Source of the DNA: Lophium mytilinum
Taxonomy: Eukaryota
Direction of reading: 5' to 3'
Length of the DNA: 64,000 bases
NCBI GenBank assembly: GCA_010093605.1
Contig: MU004188.1
Span: forward strand, 1,367,673-1,431,672
The notes under the pieces are model-generated. The model was not told where the DNA came from. It did not search any database and worked only from the letters and a program-made list of their open reading frames with translations. Of this stretch, positions 23,901 through 38,500 are shown piece after piece (the first letter of the stretch is position 1; every line of letters starts with the position of its first letter). A program made the position numbers and the translations under genes.

Positions 23901-26900
23901 AGAGAAGGTAATAAATAACTCTAAAGGGGTATAGAAACTAGCTAAATAGAGCTATATAGTTAGAAAGGAATTAAGGCCCCCTTTTTAATTTCCCCCTCTT
24001 TTCTAGCTAGGTAACTCTACTCTATATGTAGATAATAAGATAAAAGCACGTATACTTACTAAATAGTTCTTTCCACTACTAGTAGAAGCTAACCTATCTA
24101 ACCTAGAAGGGTTTTAATACCCGGAACTATATACTACCTCTATAGAAGTTACTATAAAAGATATACTCTTAGCACTAATAGAAATTACGCTAGATAAGGC
24201 CTCTAGAATTACAGGAATTATAAATAGATTTCTAAAGAAGTGCAAGATACAACTAGTACTAGTGCTTGCCCGCTTTTTTATAAAGTACCTATATAGAGAA
24301 CACTACTCCCGCCCGTTTAAAGAATTAATTATAGTAGTTCTATATAAACCCTAGAAAGCGTTCTATATAATAGTAAAAGCCTATAGGCCTATTACGCTAC
24401 TAGAAATAATAGGTAAGCTATTTAAACGTATTATAGCTAAGAGGCTCTCTAAGATAGTAGAGAAAAAGGGCATACTACTACCTAGCTAAATAGAGGCACG
24501 GCCGGAACGCTCTATATAGATAGCACTTAAACTTCTTATAGAATAAATCTATACTATATAGAAAGAAAACCTATAGCTTATAGTATTACTTCTTAGCCTA
24601 GATATATTAGAAGTATTTAATTAAGTCTTATATAAATAAATAATATATAACCTATAGGTCTAGAGTATACTAGAGTAGATAATAAGGTTTACTAGGTTCT
24701 TTCTATAAGACTATATAACTAGGCTCTCTATAGAAAGCTATATAGTAGAACTAATTATAGTTACTATAGGTATTCTATAGGGCTCCTCCCTATTATCTAT
24801 TCTCTTCCTTTTCTTTACTAGTATACTACTGCCAACCCTTTAGAATAGTAATATAACGGCCTACAGGTTTATAGATAATATAAATATTCTTATATATAGT
24901 AGAACTATAGAGGTAAACTATAGGGCTATTAAGAGAGCCTATAATAGATGCATAGAATAGGTAAGAAAGTATAGCGTAGTATTTATACTAGATAAATATT
25001 ACCTAATACACTTTATAAGAGCCCGTAAAGAAGTTAACCTAAGAGCTATAGTTAATATATAAGGCTTTATAGAGGGCCCTATAATAAACCTAAGAGTACT
25101 AGGGGTATAGATAGACTTAAAGCTTAAATAGGGCCTGTATATTAGTATTATAAAGAATAAAGCTATAACCTAGATAGAGGCACTTACGCGGCTTATAGTA
25201 TCTACCTAGAGCGCTAGCTTTAGAAAAGCACGCCTAATATACTTAGTAGTAGTCTAGCCTACTATTATATATAAATATACTACCTAGTATACTATACTAG
25301 GCATGCCGGAGCAGCTTAGTAAGATAAAAATTAAGTAGCTTAAAATAACCTAGAACTAATACCTCTAGAGAATCTTAGGGGCCTATAAGACTATAAGTAC
25401 TATAATACTAGAATATAAAATATTATACCTACTACTCTAGCTAAAACTAGAGGAACTTATAGTAGCTTACATAGACTATACGCGTAAAGGGCTAGCACGC
25501 TAGTATATTAAAATAGCATGTAGTAATATATAACGGGAAATCTATACCTACTATAGGCTACTTATAAGGCTAAAGTATAGCCCTAGCTACTATAATATAC
25601 TCTATAACCTAGTAGTAAAGGCTATAAGGTTATACACTAGATATAAAGATAAATTAGATAAAGCCTATAAGCGCTTAAGGCGATTTATAATTAAATATAA
25701 ATATAAAGAAAGGTAGAAAAAGGTATAGAAGTCCTTTTATAAAATAGAATAGCGCGGGCTACTAACGCCGGCCCTTAATACTAAATAGAGTAAATAATAG
25801 AAGACTATATATAAAGGGCTTATAAAGGTTAAAAGTACTATTCTTATAAACCTATAAATAGAGTATATAGGGCTTAATAGATACCTACACTATATATAGA
25901 TGCTAGGCTACCTAATACTAGCCTACCCCTACGGGCACGGCCTCTAATTACTACGCTATATAGTAATAAACTGTAAGAGGCATATAGAGAGTAGAGATAA
26001 ACTATTTAAGAAAGTAAAAACTTAGTTATATAAGGAAATATATAAAAGTAAAAAAAAACCTAAGGTAGTAGCTAGGTAGTTTCTATAGAAAATAGACCTG
26101 CTACTCTACCTCTTAATAGTAAAAGAGATAGAAAGGGAGTAGACCTAGCCCTCCCGCTTAATACTATAGCCCTGCTATTACCCACAGCCTTACTATAACT
26201 AATAGCCTTACTATAACTAATAGCCTTACTATTACTAATAGCCTTACTATTACCTATAGCCTTACTATTATCTATAGCCTTACTATTACCTATAGCCTTG
26301 CATTACCTATAGCCTTACTATTACCCCCGACTATACTATAGCGGGCCTTAGCGCCCCCTCTTAACTAGTACTTAGTATAGATAGTTAGCTTTAGGTCTCT
26401 ACTATATACCCTGCAATATATACTTTCTATATACTTTCTATCTCTTATAGCCCTTCTATTTCTAAATAGCCTATCTACTTTATAATAGTATATATACGCG
26501 GCTTCCTTTCTTCTACTATTAGTTAGTTATACTATAAGAGCTTATACTTACTATAAGCGGCTATATACTTTCTAATTATAGACTATAAACTATATACTCT
26601 ATACTCTTAGCTTTTCTATAGCTATTAGCTATACTATAGAGGCTTATATATACTACTATAGCTATAAACTCTATATAGCTACTTATAGCCCTTCTACTTT
26701 TATAGCCTACCTATAAACTATATACTTTCTATATACCTCTACTATATACTACCTATACGCCGCGTAGCCTTTCTATCTCTAATAGCCTATACGGCCACTA
26801 TTTATTTTACCTTATTACCTTAGATAAAGGCCCCGTAAGCGCACTACTTATACGCAGGCCCTTATGCTAATTCTATACTAGCCTTGCATCCGGATTCTAC

Positions 26901-27182
26901 TTAGCCTAAACCTAGAAGGATAATAATAAACCTTTCTAGATAGATATAGAAAGACGCATCTTAATAGCTTATTCTATAGTAGTTTTTATAGACCTACTAT
27001 ATATCCCCTATAGTAAAATATAAAGGAAAAGGGCGCCTAACGCTAGATATAATAGAGGATAAGGTTTTTACCTAAATGCTACCCGGTAGCGAATAGTTTC
27101 CCCTTATAAATTAGCCTAGATAGAATAGCTATATAGACCCTAACAGGAGCTATACTAGCATAATAGAATTTAATAATAATAA
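20953..27182 (+). mobile_element. Tad1-clade LINE (non-LTR retrotransposon), apparently full length (6230 bp), RIP-inactivated
   Basis: TSD TATAGGTACTTA (20941-20952, 27183-27194) and (TAA)4 tail 27171-27182. ORF1 with three CCHC knuckles (~22066-22235). ORF2 with AP endonuclease (AIQEPW ~22942, GDMNLHHPFW ~23230, SDH ~23468), RT (YRPIALL ~24382, GIPQGSPLSPILF ~24770, FVDD ~24868) and C-terminal CPCG..H..C (~25921-25975). Confidence 0.95.
26166..26326 (+). repeat. 18-bp minisatellite (ATAGCCTTACTATTACCT-like, ~9 units) in the LINE 3' UTR
   Basis: Directly visible tandem units. Confidence 0.88.
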
Positions 27183-29529
27183 TATAGGTACTTATATTTT
27201 AGATTAAAAAGAAAAAGGTCTTACTTCTAGACTTAGTACTTAGTTAGGTTAAATAGTTAATTTAGAGCCTTAATAGTCTAAGTTATTTATATTATTTTAG
27301 TTAACTAATATATTATAGAGAGAATCTAGTAAGTATTTTCTAGTTAGTAACTAGTTTTAGCGCGTAGTAGGTTATCTTTTTACTTTAGAAGGTATAATAG
27401 TAAGTATTATATCTTTCTCTATTAGTTTAGTAGAAGGTTTAAGTTCTTCTATATTACTTATTAGTAATTAAGCGCGTTTTTATTATTTAGATAGTAGAGA
27501 AACTATAAGAGATTCCCCTTCTTCTTCTATTATCTAATTATCTAGAAAGGTAATATATAGTAGATATTCTATAAAGATAATATCTTTTACTATAATAATA
27601 TAGTTATTTTAGTTTAGTAGGCGGTAGTTTTATTCTCTAGAATATCCTACTAAAATATAGTCCTTTAAGTAGAAAAACTCTAATTTCTTTTACTTAGCTT
27701 CTATTTTAAAAATATAGCATCTACTACCTATTACTTATAACTAGTTAAAATAAGAAATATTACCTATCTATACTTTATAAGAAGTAGTAGGTATTACTAA
27801 GCTAGAGCTTTAATTTCTAATTATAACGGCGGCTTATAATACCTTAGGCTAGTATATTTTTAAAAGGCTAGATTATATAAGTATAAAGTTTATTTTACTA
27901 AAAAGTATATAGTTTAGTACTTTAGCTATACTATTTAACTAATACTAGTCTTATCTAGTTATCTTAAGAAGAATACCTCTATCTTTATAGAAGTTCTAAA
28001 CTAGTCTAGATATATTTTTACTAGCCTAATCTATTTATATTTAATAGATCCGCCGCTTATAGGTTTTATATATATTAGCTAGAAGCTTTAGGTAGAAAAA
28101 GAATTTACTTCTTATTTTTAGTAGCTATACCTAGAGTATTTAGGTTTTATTATAGATAAAGGTAATCTAATATCTATATCTATTATATACTATTTTAAAG
28201 AAACTAGATATATTTATATAGATAAATTTAAAAGGAAATTCTTTTTATTTATTATACTAATTATAAGGTTCTACTTTTATTCTTTCTTAGATATATAGTT
28301 TATATAAGTATTCTTTTAATACTAGTTTTATTCTAGTAGATATTATTTTTAGCTTCTAGATTACTTAATTACCTAGGTAGCCTAACTATTTATACTAGAT
28401 TTAATTATTTTAATTACTAATTTAGTATATAGCTATACTAATTTATATTAGCTATTAAAGGTTTAGAATATAGACTCTATTATATTTAGGTGCTAGAAAA
28501 GTATTATCTTTTTAGGTAATATTAGCCCTATTAAAATTAAAAGAGATACTAGTTTTAATCTAAAGAAGCTAGAAGATAGAAACTAGATTATATTCTAGTA
28601 TAGAAATATAGAGGGCATCTTTAAAAAGTAGTATAGTTTTCTTTCTATTACTATAGTATTTAAGCCTAATAGTTCTAATAGATTTAGGTTAAAAGTAAGA
28701 TTCTTTAATACCTTTAAGGCTAGGTTTTAAGTAGCTATATAGTATAGATAGTATAAATATATTATAGAAGCTAGAGTAGTAAGTAAAATAACTAGTATCT
28801 AGTAGCTAGATATTTTATAGGCTAGTAGTAGATTTCTTTACTATAGTTATAATATATAAAATTTCTTCTAGAAACTAAAAGGCTAGAGTAGTAGTATAAG
28901 TAGTTCTATTATTATTTTTAGCCTTTTTATTACTAGAGAATCTATCTTCTTTCTATTATTATTTCTAGGTTTTATATAATAGATTACGCCCTATTCTCTA
29001 GTTATATATTTATCTATTACCGGCCTTCTACCTCTATATCTATTATATTACTTAGCACCGCCTATATACTAGCCCGCCTAGCGCCTACGCGCCTCTCTCT
29101 TCTCTATATATATAGTTTCTTTCTAGAAGCCTTTCTTTCTACTTCTTATATAACCTCTTAAAATTAACCTATTTAGTTATTTTATACTACTAAGCTTCTC
29201 TATACTATAACTATAATATTAGGTTATATCTAATACTTTAACTAGTACTAATTCTTTTTTACTATTACTACTTTAACCCTTAAACCTTAATTCTTATTTA
29301 CTAAGCTATTTAATAGCTTAGTAAGTATATCTATATAACTATATATATAATACTAAAAAGTATATAGCTATAGTATCTTATCTTATTAAGTACTATTACT
29401 ATATTCTCTATAATAAGTAATCTACTACCTCTACTAGGCGCTAGAGCCTCTACTAATAATCTAGAATTTAGATATTCTAGGCGTAGTAGCTTATAACTAT
29501 TCTTCTACTTTCTACTATTCTATATATAG

Positions 29530-32500
29530 TATTATAGTATAATAGTAGATTATAAAAGAAGACCTAATATTAGTATATATAGATAAAGTAGCTATAAGAG
29601 AGAGAGAAGGGCGCGGAGCGCCGGCTAAGAGGTAGGTAAGGCTAGCGCTAAGCCTAGTTATATAATAGTAATTATATACTAGAGAGTATATAATACTATT
29701 ATATATATTAGAAATATATTATAATAGAGGTTATATTATAGCTATAATACTACCCCCTCTTTAAAAGAAACTATATATAAGGCTTCTTCTAGTATTATAC
29801 TTTAGCCTTTCTATTTTATACTTACTATATATAAATACTTCTTTCTAATTAGTCTTTCTATTAATTATATAGTCTTACTATAATTCTCTATAGCCTTATA
29901 GTCTTTTATATAGTATTATAAACTATTAGTATTATAAACTATAGATACTATATAGGCGTAATATAAATTAGTATAGAAGTTAAACTTATAAATCTTTATA
30001 TTACCTATTACCTAGTAGTCTACTAGGTTAGCGTCTTCTAATAGGGTTAGTAATTACTTAGCTAGCTAGCGCTAGTTAGCTTTAATAATATCTAGTCTAA
30101 GTACCTACTTCTATAGTCTTAATATAATTATAGCTAGTAGGGGTTTCTAGTACTTAGGCTTCTTAAAAGACTTATAAGGGCCGGCAGCGTTAGAGTATTA
30201 ATAATAGTAATCTATTATAATATTATAGTAATTAAACGTGCTTTTATATAATTTCTACTTAGGTTTAGTATTCTAGTTAGAATAACTAGTATAGCGGATC
30301 TTATACTGCAAGAGGCCTTTAGTATCTATAGTAGGATTAATTATTACTTTATTAATGCGTAAATTAATAATATTATTAATATTCTATTATTTAAAACCTT
30401 TCTAATTAACTTTAATAGGGCCTAGCTTATTATATATTTAACCTTTAAGTAGCTTATAAGTAACTCTATAAAGTAGCTATAGGTAGAAGATATTAAATAG
30501 TCCCTTTATAGTGCGGGGTAGTATAAGCTTATAGGCGCTATTATTAATAATATAAGTAATTTTATAGGGTTCTAGTTACTTATAGTTTAAGAACTTATTT
30601 AGGCGTTATATTTTAATATTATAGGCGTTAAGTATAACCTTATTACTAACTTTAAACTTAGATGCAGGCTTATACTTAAGGTTTATATAGTAGGCTTATT
30701 ATACTTAGACCTAGGTAAGCTTATCTTATAGAAAGAGCTAGAGTTAGTTAATTTACTTAGCTAGGGCGTTAGCTTTCTCTTAAAGTAATTTCTAGAGTCC
30801 TTTTAGTTTAATAGAGTTATCTACTAGTTCTAGTTCTAAGCGCAGGTTATAGCCTTTAGTAGCTATAAATAGAGATATACCTATTATTATTTTAGTATAG
30901 TTAGCCTTAAATTTAGTAATAGATAGAAAATCTATTTAGTTATCTTATTTATAGTTAATATAGGCGCGTAGATATTACTTAAGTACTATATTAGTAATCT
31001 TAGTCTAGCTATTTATCTTAGAGTAAAATAATAAGAATAGCTTAGGTAAGATACTAATACGGGCGTAGAGGCGTTTCTAGAAGTATAATATAGACTACAC
31101 CCCTTAATTAAATATAATAGTATATAGATAGCCTTTCTTATACTAGACCTATTTAATAAATACTTAGATAACTAGCTTAACTTCTATAGAATTAAGCGGA
31201 ATAAACTTTCTCTTCTTAGATAGTTAATTAACTATAACTATAATATACTTATATTACCTACCCTATTATTTATAGATAGGTAGTAGTCTAATAAAGTTAA
31301 CTAAAATATTATACTAGTAGTAATATAGAATTAGTAGTAGATAAAGAAGGCCTTACTTATCTTCTCTAGAGTACTTTAAGTAGTAATAGGTTATATAAGC
31401 GCCTATATACTAATTAATATTAAAGGTTATAAGAGGCTAGTAGTAGTAGTTACTTAACCTAGTATATATAGAAGTTATTTCTATATAACTAGCTAGTTTA
31501 GATTTATATATAGAATAGATAATAGCTATATATAATCTTAGTATAGCTAGTATATAGAGCTTCTTATAAATATAGAAAAAGTTATTAATTATATTATAGT
31601 TACTAAGTTTAATCTATAGGTAATAATTATAATAAAATTAAGCTAGTAGTTAATACTTATTATAGCGCTTAGTATATTTAATTACTTATATAATAGAGTT
31701 ACCCTAAGAGGCTTTCTTAATATAGTATAAGATCTAGTTACTAGTAAGAATAGGTTTTAACGCATTATATAGCTTAGCGTTAAAACTATATTCTTACTTA
31801 GAAGAATTATTTATCTTATCTTCTATAGAGGGCTCTAGTATAGAATTCTTTATCTTATCTACGCGCGGCTCTAGGTGTAATCTTATTTAGTATGTATATA
31901 TAACTATAAGTTAGGCTCTATTATTCTCTAGCTAGTTAAACTTACTAAGGTTATATATTATAGAGGCTAGGTCTATAATAGTATACTTAGGGGCGTTATC
32001 TATAAGAATATAAGCTAGGTTAATAGTATAGTATATATTAGGCTTATAATTAGTAGGCTTAAGTATAACTTACTTTTAATATTTATAGTAAGTGTTACCT
32101 TTAAAGAGCTTATCGCCGGGTTATCTAGTAAGAAGATCTAGCTTATTATTAAGCTTACTAGGTTTATATATAATTTTAAAGTTAAATTTAGCTAAGAACT
32201 TAGCCTATTAGGCTTAATAATAGTTAAGTTATTTAGTAGTTATAAATATCTAAAGATTCTTATAATTAGAGATAATATTAATAGAACTACTATATTTCTA
32301 TTTCTAGCCGGCGAGCTCTAGCCGCTAGTCTTTAAATACTAGAATAATAGTAAGTAGTTCTTTATTATAGATAGCGTAGTTAATCTACTATAGCATTATC
32401 TATTATAATATAAAGGTAATAGGCTATAGAGTGCTGTCTAGTTAAACTTATAATAATACTGCAGCTACTATATAATCTAAGGAATTATACTTAACCTATA

Positions 32501-35500
32501 TTTTATAGTTTAGATTCTATAATACTAGCTAAGGGGCGTTTTAAAAATACTTCTTAATCTAGGTAAATACTTATGCCTTATCTCTATTATCTTTCTAAGG
32601 GAATTTAAATAACTTTCTAGCTAAGGAGGTAAGTATAGAAAGAGAAGTAGTAAACTTAGAATATCTAGTAATAAAATAGTAGTAGAAGTTATAGAAACTA
32701 AGAAAAGCTTATATATTTTTTAGATTTCTTAGTATAGGCTAGTTAAGTACTATTTAGACTTTATAAGAGTCTATATAGATACTATTAACGCCTATAATAA
32801 TACCTAAATATTTAACTTCTTATATAGTAAATTTAAATTTATAGATATTAAGAAAGAAACCGGCGTTTTTTAGCCTAGTAACTATAGAGATAATATACTT
32901 TTTATACTCCTCTAAGCTATTACTAAAGATAAGTATATTATCTATATATACTATATAGTAATAATTAAGATCTTTATATAGCGTATTATTAATATAGGCT
33001 TAAAATAAGCTAGAAGCATTATATAAGCTAAATAGAAGGACTATAAATTTAAATAAGCCCTATTATATTAGAAATACTATCTTATATTTATTGCCTTCTT
33101 TAATATATAGAGCGTTAAATACGCTAATAATATCTAGCTTAGTATAGTATTTAGCTTTAGCTAGTAGTATAAGTATATTCTTAATAAAAGGTAGTATATT
33201 ATAGCTCTTAATTATAATATTATTTAGTTCTCTATAGTCTATATAGATATAAAAACCGCCTCTAGGTTTCTTAATAATAAGTATAGAGGTAGTAAAGAAG
33301 AATAAGCTTAGTTAAATAAAGCCTTTAGAGCGCATTTTATTAATAAATACTTTTATAATAGCAGCCTAGTCCCTAGAGAGACTATAGACTTTTTATATAG
33401 ATAGCTTACTACTAGGCTAGAGGTTAATTATATAATCTATATCTTAGTAGAGAGGTAATATATTAGCTACTTAGAGGTTCTAGGCCTTATAGAGATAGTA
33501 AAGCTAATTAGAAAGAAGCTATTTAATTTCTTTATTAGTAATAAAAGGCCTATTTATTTTATTAAAGAACTTTCTATAGTTAGCTAGGTTAATTATAAAT
33601 AGATTAGATATAAACGCGGCTTATTTCTTAGCTAAGGTATTATTAAGCTTAGTAAGCCTATAGAGGGCCGGATTATTAGCTATAGTATAAGTAGTATTAA
33701 GCTTATTAAAGTCTTTATTCTATAGTTAGATAATAGTATCTTTCTTACCTTTATAAATAAGCTTTTAATATTTAGTAAGAAAGTTATTAGCTTTATCTAG
33801 GTCTAGACTAAGTTTATAGTAATAGTTAATAATCTTATATAGGGCGCTATTATATAGTTTCTTTTCTTTATAGGTAATATCTTAGTCGCGGCTATTACTT
33901 TAAACGCGTTAGTAGCTATCTATATATAGATAGTTACTTATATAGTAGTTAGAGTTAAAATCTAATATATACTCTCTCTATATAAAATAGGGCTTATAGC
34001 GCTTAAACTAGAGTATACTAAGAATAATATTATAGCCCTAAAGGTTAGTAATATAGTACTATAGATATTTAATATAGGCTTTAAGTAATAGTATAATTTA
34101 AGCTTTATATATAACTATTAGCGTAGAGCGGCTATTAGTAAGTTATAGTAGTATTAGTTTAGTAATTATAATAGTTATAAGCTTATAGGTCTTTATAAAT
34201 ATTTAAGATATAAAGGTAAAGTATAAGTAACTAGTATCTATTAGATATCTACTATTAATAGTAGTTATAGTAGTATAAATTTTATACTTAAAGTTAAGTT
34301 ACTTACCTTATATAACTTTCTTAGAGGAATTAACTATATAAGTAGAGAGCTAGAGTTTATCTAGCTTAAAAGGTAGTTGCTCTAGCTTATAAATATAGGC
34401 AACTAGTATACTTAAATAAATATCTACTAGACTCTAACTATAACTATAGTTAGAGCCTAGGGAAAATCCTTACTATTAAATAAGTCTTAATTATTATAAG
34501 TAGCGTTATTATTACTACTATTATAATTAATAGCAGCTAGAGCGTTACTAAGCTTAATATTAAATGCGGAATTATTTATATAGTAGATTATAGAAAGCTT
34601 TAAATCTAGTTCTTTCTAGAAATAGATAAGATATTATTAAACTATCTTTTTAGAAGAAGGGGCGTTCTTTATATAGAGATAGTTATAGTCTAATATATAA
34701 TATTCTATCTTAAGGTAGTTATAGTAGACTTCTTAAGTCTATTTACTTAATACTTTAGTTACCGCGGGAGAAAGATAAATATAATATATATTACTATTAT
34801 AGTTATAGCGGCATAAGCTATTATCTATAATAGGGCGTAATAAATATATCTTTAAATTATAGTTAAAGTCTTATTAGAAGCTATAATTAAACTTATTAGT
34901 AAATAGCTTATTAGTATATTTTAAGCTATTACTATTATTCTATAAAGGGCCGTTAGAATATTACTACTTATAGGTGCGTTTATATTTACTAGCAAGATAG
35001 AAGACTACGCAGTTAATAGTAGTAATAAGTTCTAGCTAGTTTATATAGTTATTAGCGGCTTTAAAGACCTATCCTCTAAGTTTAGAGGTAATAAGATACT
35101 TAAGCTATTTTTTCTATTTAATAAAGTCTATATTCTTATTAGAGTCTATAGATACTATTTTCTAGAACTAGAAAAGAAAGATAGTCTATTTCTTATTATA
35201 TTTTATATACGCCTACTAGCTATAAAGCTTATTATTTATAGCTATAGCTTTATTATTAATTATAAAGTATAGGTCTATTACTTTAAATATTTCTTTAATT
35301 ATTTTAAAGTTATTACTTATAAGGCGGTTCTATTAAGTATAGCTATATATAATACTCTTAGTATATCTAATATAGTATAATTTAATATATTTAAGCTTAA
35401 CTTACTTATTATAGAAGTCTTAAGGTTTATTCTAGAAAATAGTATAGGCGTAAGCTTTCTATAACTTATACTTAGATATATTATTATATTCTTTAAACTT

Positions 35501-38500
35501 CTAAAGGTTACGGAACTTAGTATAGAGCTAGTAGAGGCTAGTAGTAAGTTAGGCATTTAGATTATATAAAAACTTAGGTTAGATAAAGTAATTATAGTTA
35601 ATAGAGTTATTATTACCTTTATTAGAGATATAGCTATAGTTACCTTAGTTAGTAGTATTATCTTATTAAGAGCGCGCTTTAGGCTATTAGTTTATAGCTT
35701 ATTAATACTTCTTCTTATATTCTATACCTTAAGCGCGGAAGATATTATACTACTATTAGTATTAATTACGGTAAAAGGTAACCTTTACTACTTTAGTAGT
35801 AAGGCCTTTAACCTTAATATAAAGCTTAGTATTAAGAATAGTCTAAGTATTAGTCTTCTTACGCTTATCTTCTAGCTATTTAGTAAGACTATTGCGTTTA
35901 TTAGTAAAGTTCTTAGTATTAGTACGCATCTTAGCTACTTAATAATAGAGCTTAGCGGCTTAGTTTTTAAGGTTATTAATTATAATACTATCTTATACGC
36001 CTTATTATTCTTAAAGTTATATAATTTTATTATCTTTCTATTAAATTACTACTACTATATTTCTAATATCTTTATATAACTTGCCTAGTTCTTAGTAGTA
36101 GTTAAGTAGTATAGCGTAAATACTAATATATTTATTTTAAGCTATATTATAAAGCTCTTCTATATTATTAATAGTAATATTAATAGATTAGCTATTACTA
36201 GCTTAGTTAATAGTAAAGACTATACTATTATTATTATCTATAAGAAGGGACTATTAATAATTAGGTAGTTAGCTACTAGTTCTAGTAGAACTAGCATCTA
36301 CGTTAGCTATATTAGGCTATTCTTAGGTAGAGTAGATATTTAGAATTATAATAGTATTAATAGTAGAGGTAATAACCTAATCTAGGTTCTTAGAGGTAAT
36401 TAGAATTTAAAAGAAGACTAGAGTTATTAGGTTAACTAGGGGTTTAGTAAACTAGATAGTATAAAATATAAATATTTTAGTAAATAACTTAAAGTCTTTT
36501 TTATCTTTACCTTTACCTTCTTACGCGTAGGCGTTATTATTAGTATTCTACTTAGTAGAGTTAGTAAGGTTATACTAGGCTTAGCTTTATAGTAGATTAG
36601 TACTAAATTAATTTAGTAGAAGATAAATATCTAGTTCTAGATTACTAAATTTCTTAGCGCGTATAGTAAGAGCTTCCGGGGTTATAGTTAATTAATATTA
36701 TAAAACTTCTCCGCCGCCTATTTTATAGGCGGCTTTCTTTTCTTAGTAGTTAAGCTTATACGCCTTTTAAGAGTTAAATATAAAAGTAGATTAAGTAGCT
36801 TATAATTATAAGCTAGAAGAAAGAATAGAAGTATAACTAAGAATAACTAGATACTTATTAGAGTTACCGCCGGAAGGTAAACCTATAGGCTATGCGCTAG
36901 GTATAGCTATACTATATAGAGTTAGAGCTTTTTAGCTATAGCTTAGTATAGCTAGTTTTAAAAGTATTATTTATACCTTTACTAGTAAGTATTAGTAGAC
37001 TATAAAAAAGTTAGTATAAGGTAGAAGATATAGATTCTCTATAAAAGCTTAAAAGTAAGTATACTTTCTAGAGTAGCTAGTACTATTCTTAGCGGCTACC
37101 CTTAATTAGTAAATAAAAATAAAATAACTATATATAGACTAGTTAGTTATATATAATAGTAGTAAGTAGATATATAGAGTCTATATACTAGCCTATTACT
37201 AATAAAGTATATATAGTTCTTACTCTATTATTAGTAAGTAACTATACTTATATTAGTTAGTTGCGTATAATAGTAAGTAGATTTATAGGGCCTATATACT
37301 AACTATAGTAGGCGGGGTATATAGAGTTCTTACTATAAAATTATAAAATCTTCTTTTAAGTCTCTCTATATTAATATAGAGGGTGTTAGGTTTATATATT
37401 AAAAAATTTTAGCCTATTAAAATAGCTACTTAGTTAATTATAGGGTTGCCAGTTATTATAGGCAGTAAGGTATAGAGGTATATAGAATAAGAAGTAGAAT
37501 TATATTATAAGACGTGCTATAAGAAGCTAGAGTATAAGGCTACTTATAATCTATCTAGAGAGATATATTAGTAGCGGAATAATAATATTTCTAGTAAGTA
37601 TATAATAGCTAGGGAAAGAGGCCTAGATCTATTATACTACCCCCCCCTTTAAAGAGAAAAACCTCCCTTCTCTAAATAAGAGTTATATAAACTATAAGAT
37701 AAAGCTACTATTAGCTTTAGGGCTATAGAGAGTATATAGAAGGCGGTTATAATAGAAAGGTTACTTATAATAGAAGGGCTAATTATAATAGAAGGGCTAA
37801 TTATAATAGCGAGGCTAATTATAATAGTAAGGCTATATAAGGTTATAGAGTTAAATATTAGTAAGTATTTATCTATATATTAGTAGCCTTATAACCTTAG
37901 TATACTTAGCTTTAGAGTTATTAGTATATACTGCACTATAATCTATAATTATAGATAAACTTAATATTTTATAGCGGCGTGCTTACGGCGTTACTAGGTA
38001 ATAACCTCCTCTAACAACTTAGTAGAAACCGTGCGGCGGAGAATCTAATTCTAAAGTAAAGAGTTTAGTCTTACTTTAATTAGCTAGCTAATCTTATAGC
38101 TTATATTATAATTTTTAAGCTATTAACTTTAACTAATTCTAGCTATAGAGCTATAAATTACGCGGCTAGTTACTTAGGCGTATTATTTAAGTTCTTATCT
38201 TCCTTATATTACTATCCTGCTAGTAGCTTTAGAAAGCTTAGATATAGCCTATTCTCTTATAGATATAGTTAATAGAATCTCTATACTAGTTTACACGCTT
38301 CTTTAAAGAACTTCTAGTTCTTCTAATTATCTAGTACTATATAGCCTGCCTACTATAGTTTATATTATAGCTCGCGATATTATCCCCGGCTGCGCTAGCG
38401 GCTAGTAATAATATCTTTAATTAGGTATTCTATCTCCTCCTATTCTTTATTATTTAGAACTATAATTAGTAGTAGTTCTAGCTATCTTTATTCTAGTACA

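Larger units (their letters stand above)
8537..28974 (-). mobile_element. RIP-inactivated Ty1/Copia LTR retrotransposon (outermost host); segments 8537-10210, 18851-20952, 27195-28974; gag and 5' LTR expected beyond the window
   Basis: Minus-strand de-RIP motifs in Copia order: protease WLLDTG (~28780-28810), GAG-pre-integrase WHKRLGH (~28370-28400), integrase YWPEVLQAAVIIRNRSP (~27810-27860), RT VYVDDLL (19969-19980), RNase H GDNQGAIALAKNPQFHSRSKHI..IADGLTK (~19075-19250). Confidence 0.9.

Noticed and set aside
35317..35556. 79-aa ORF in the AT block
   Set aside because: A chance stop-free remnant inside gag of element B.
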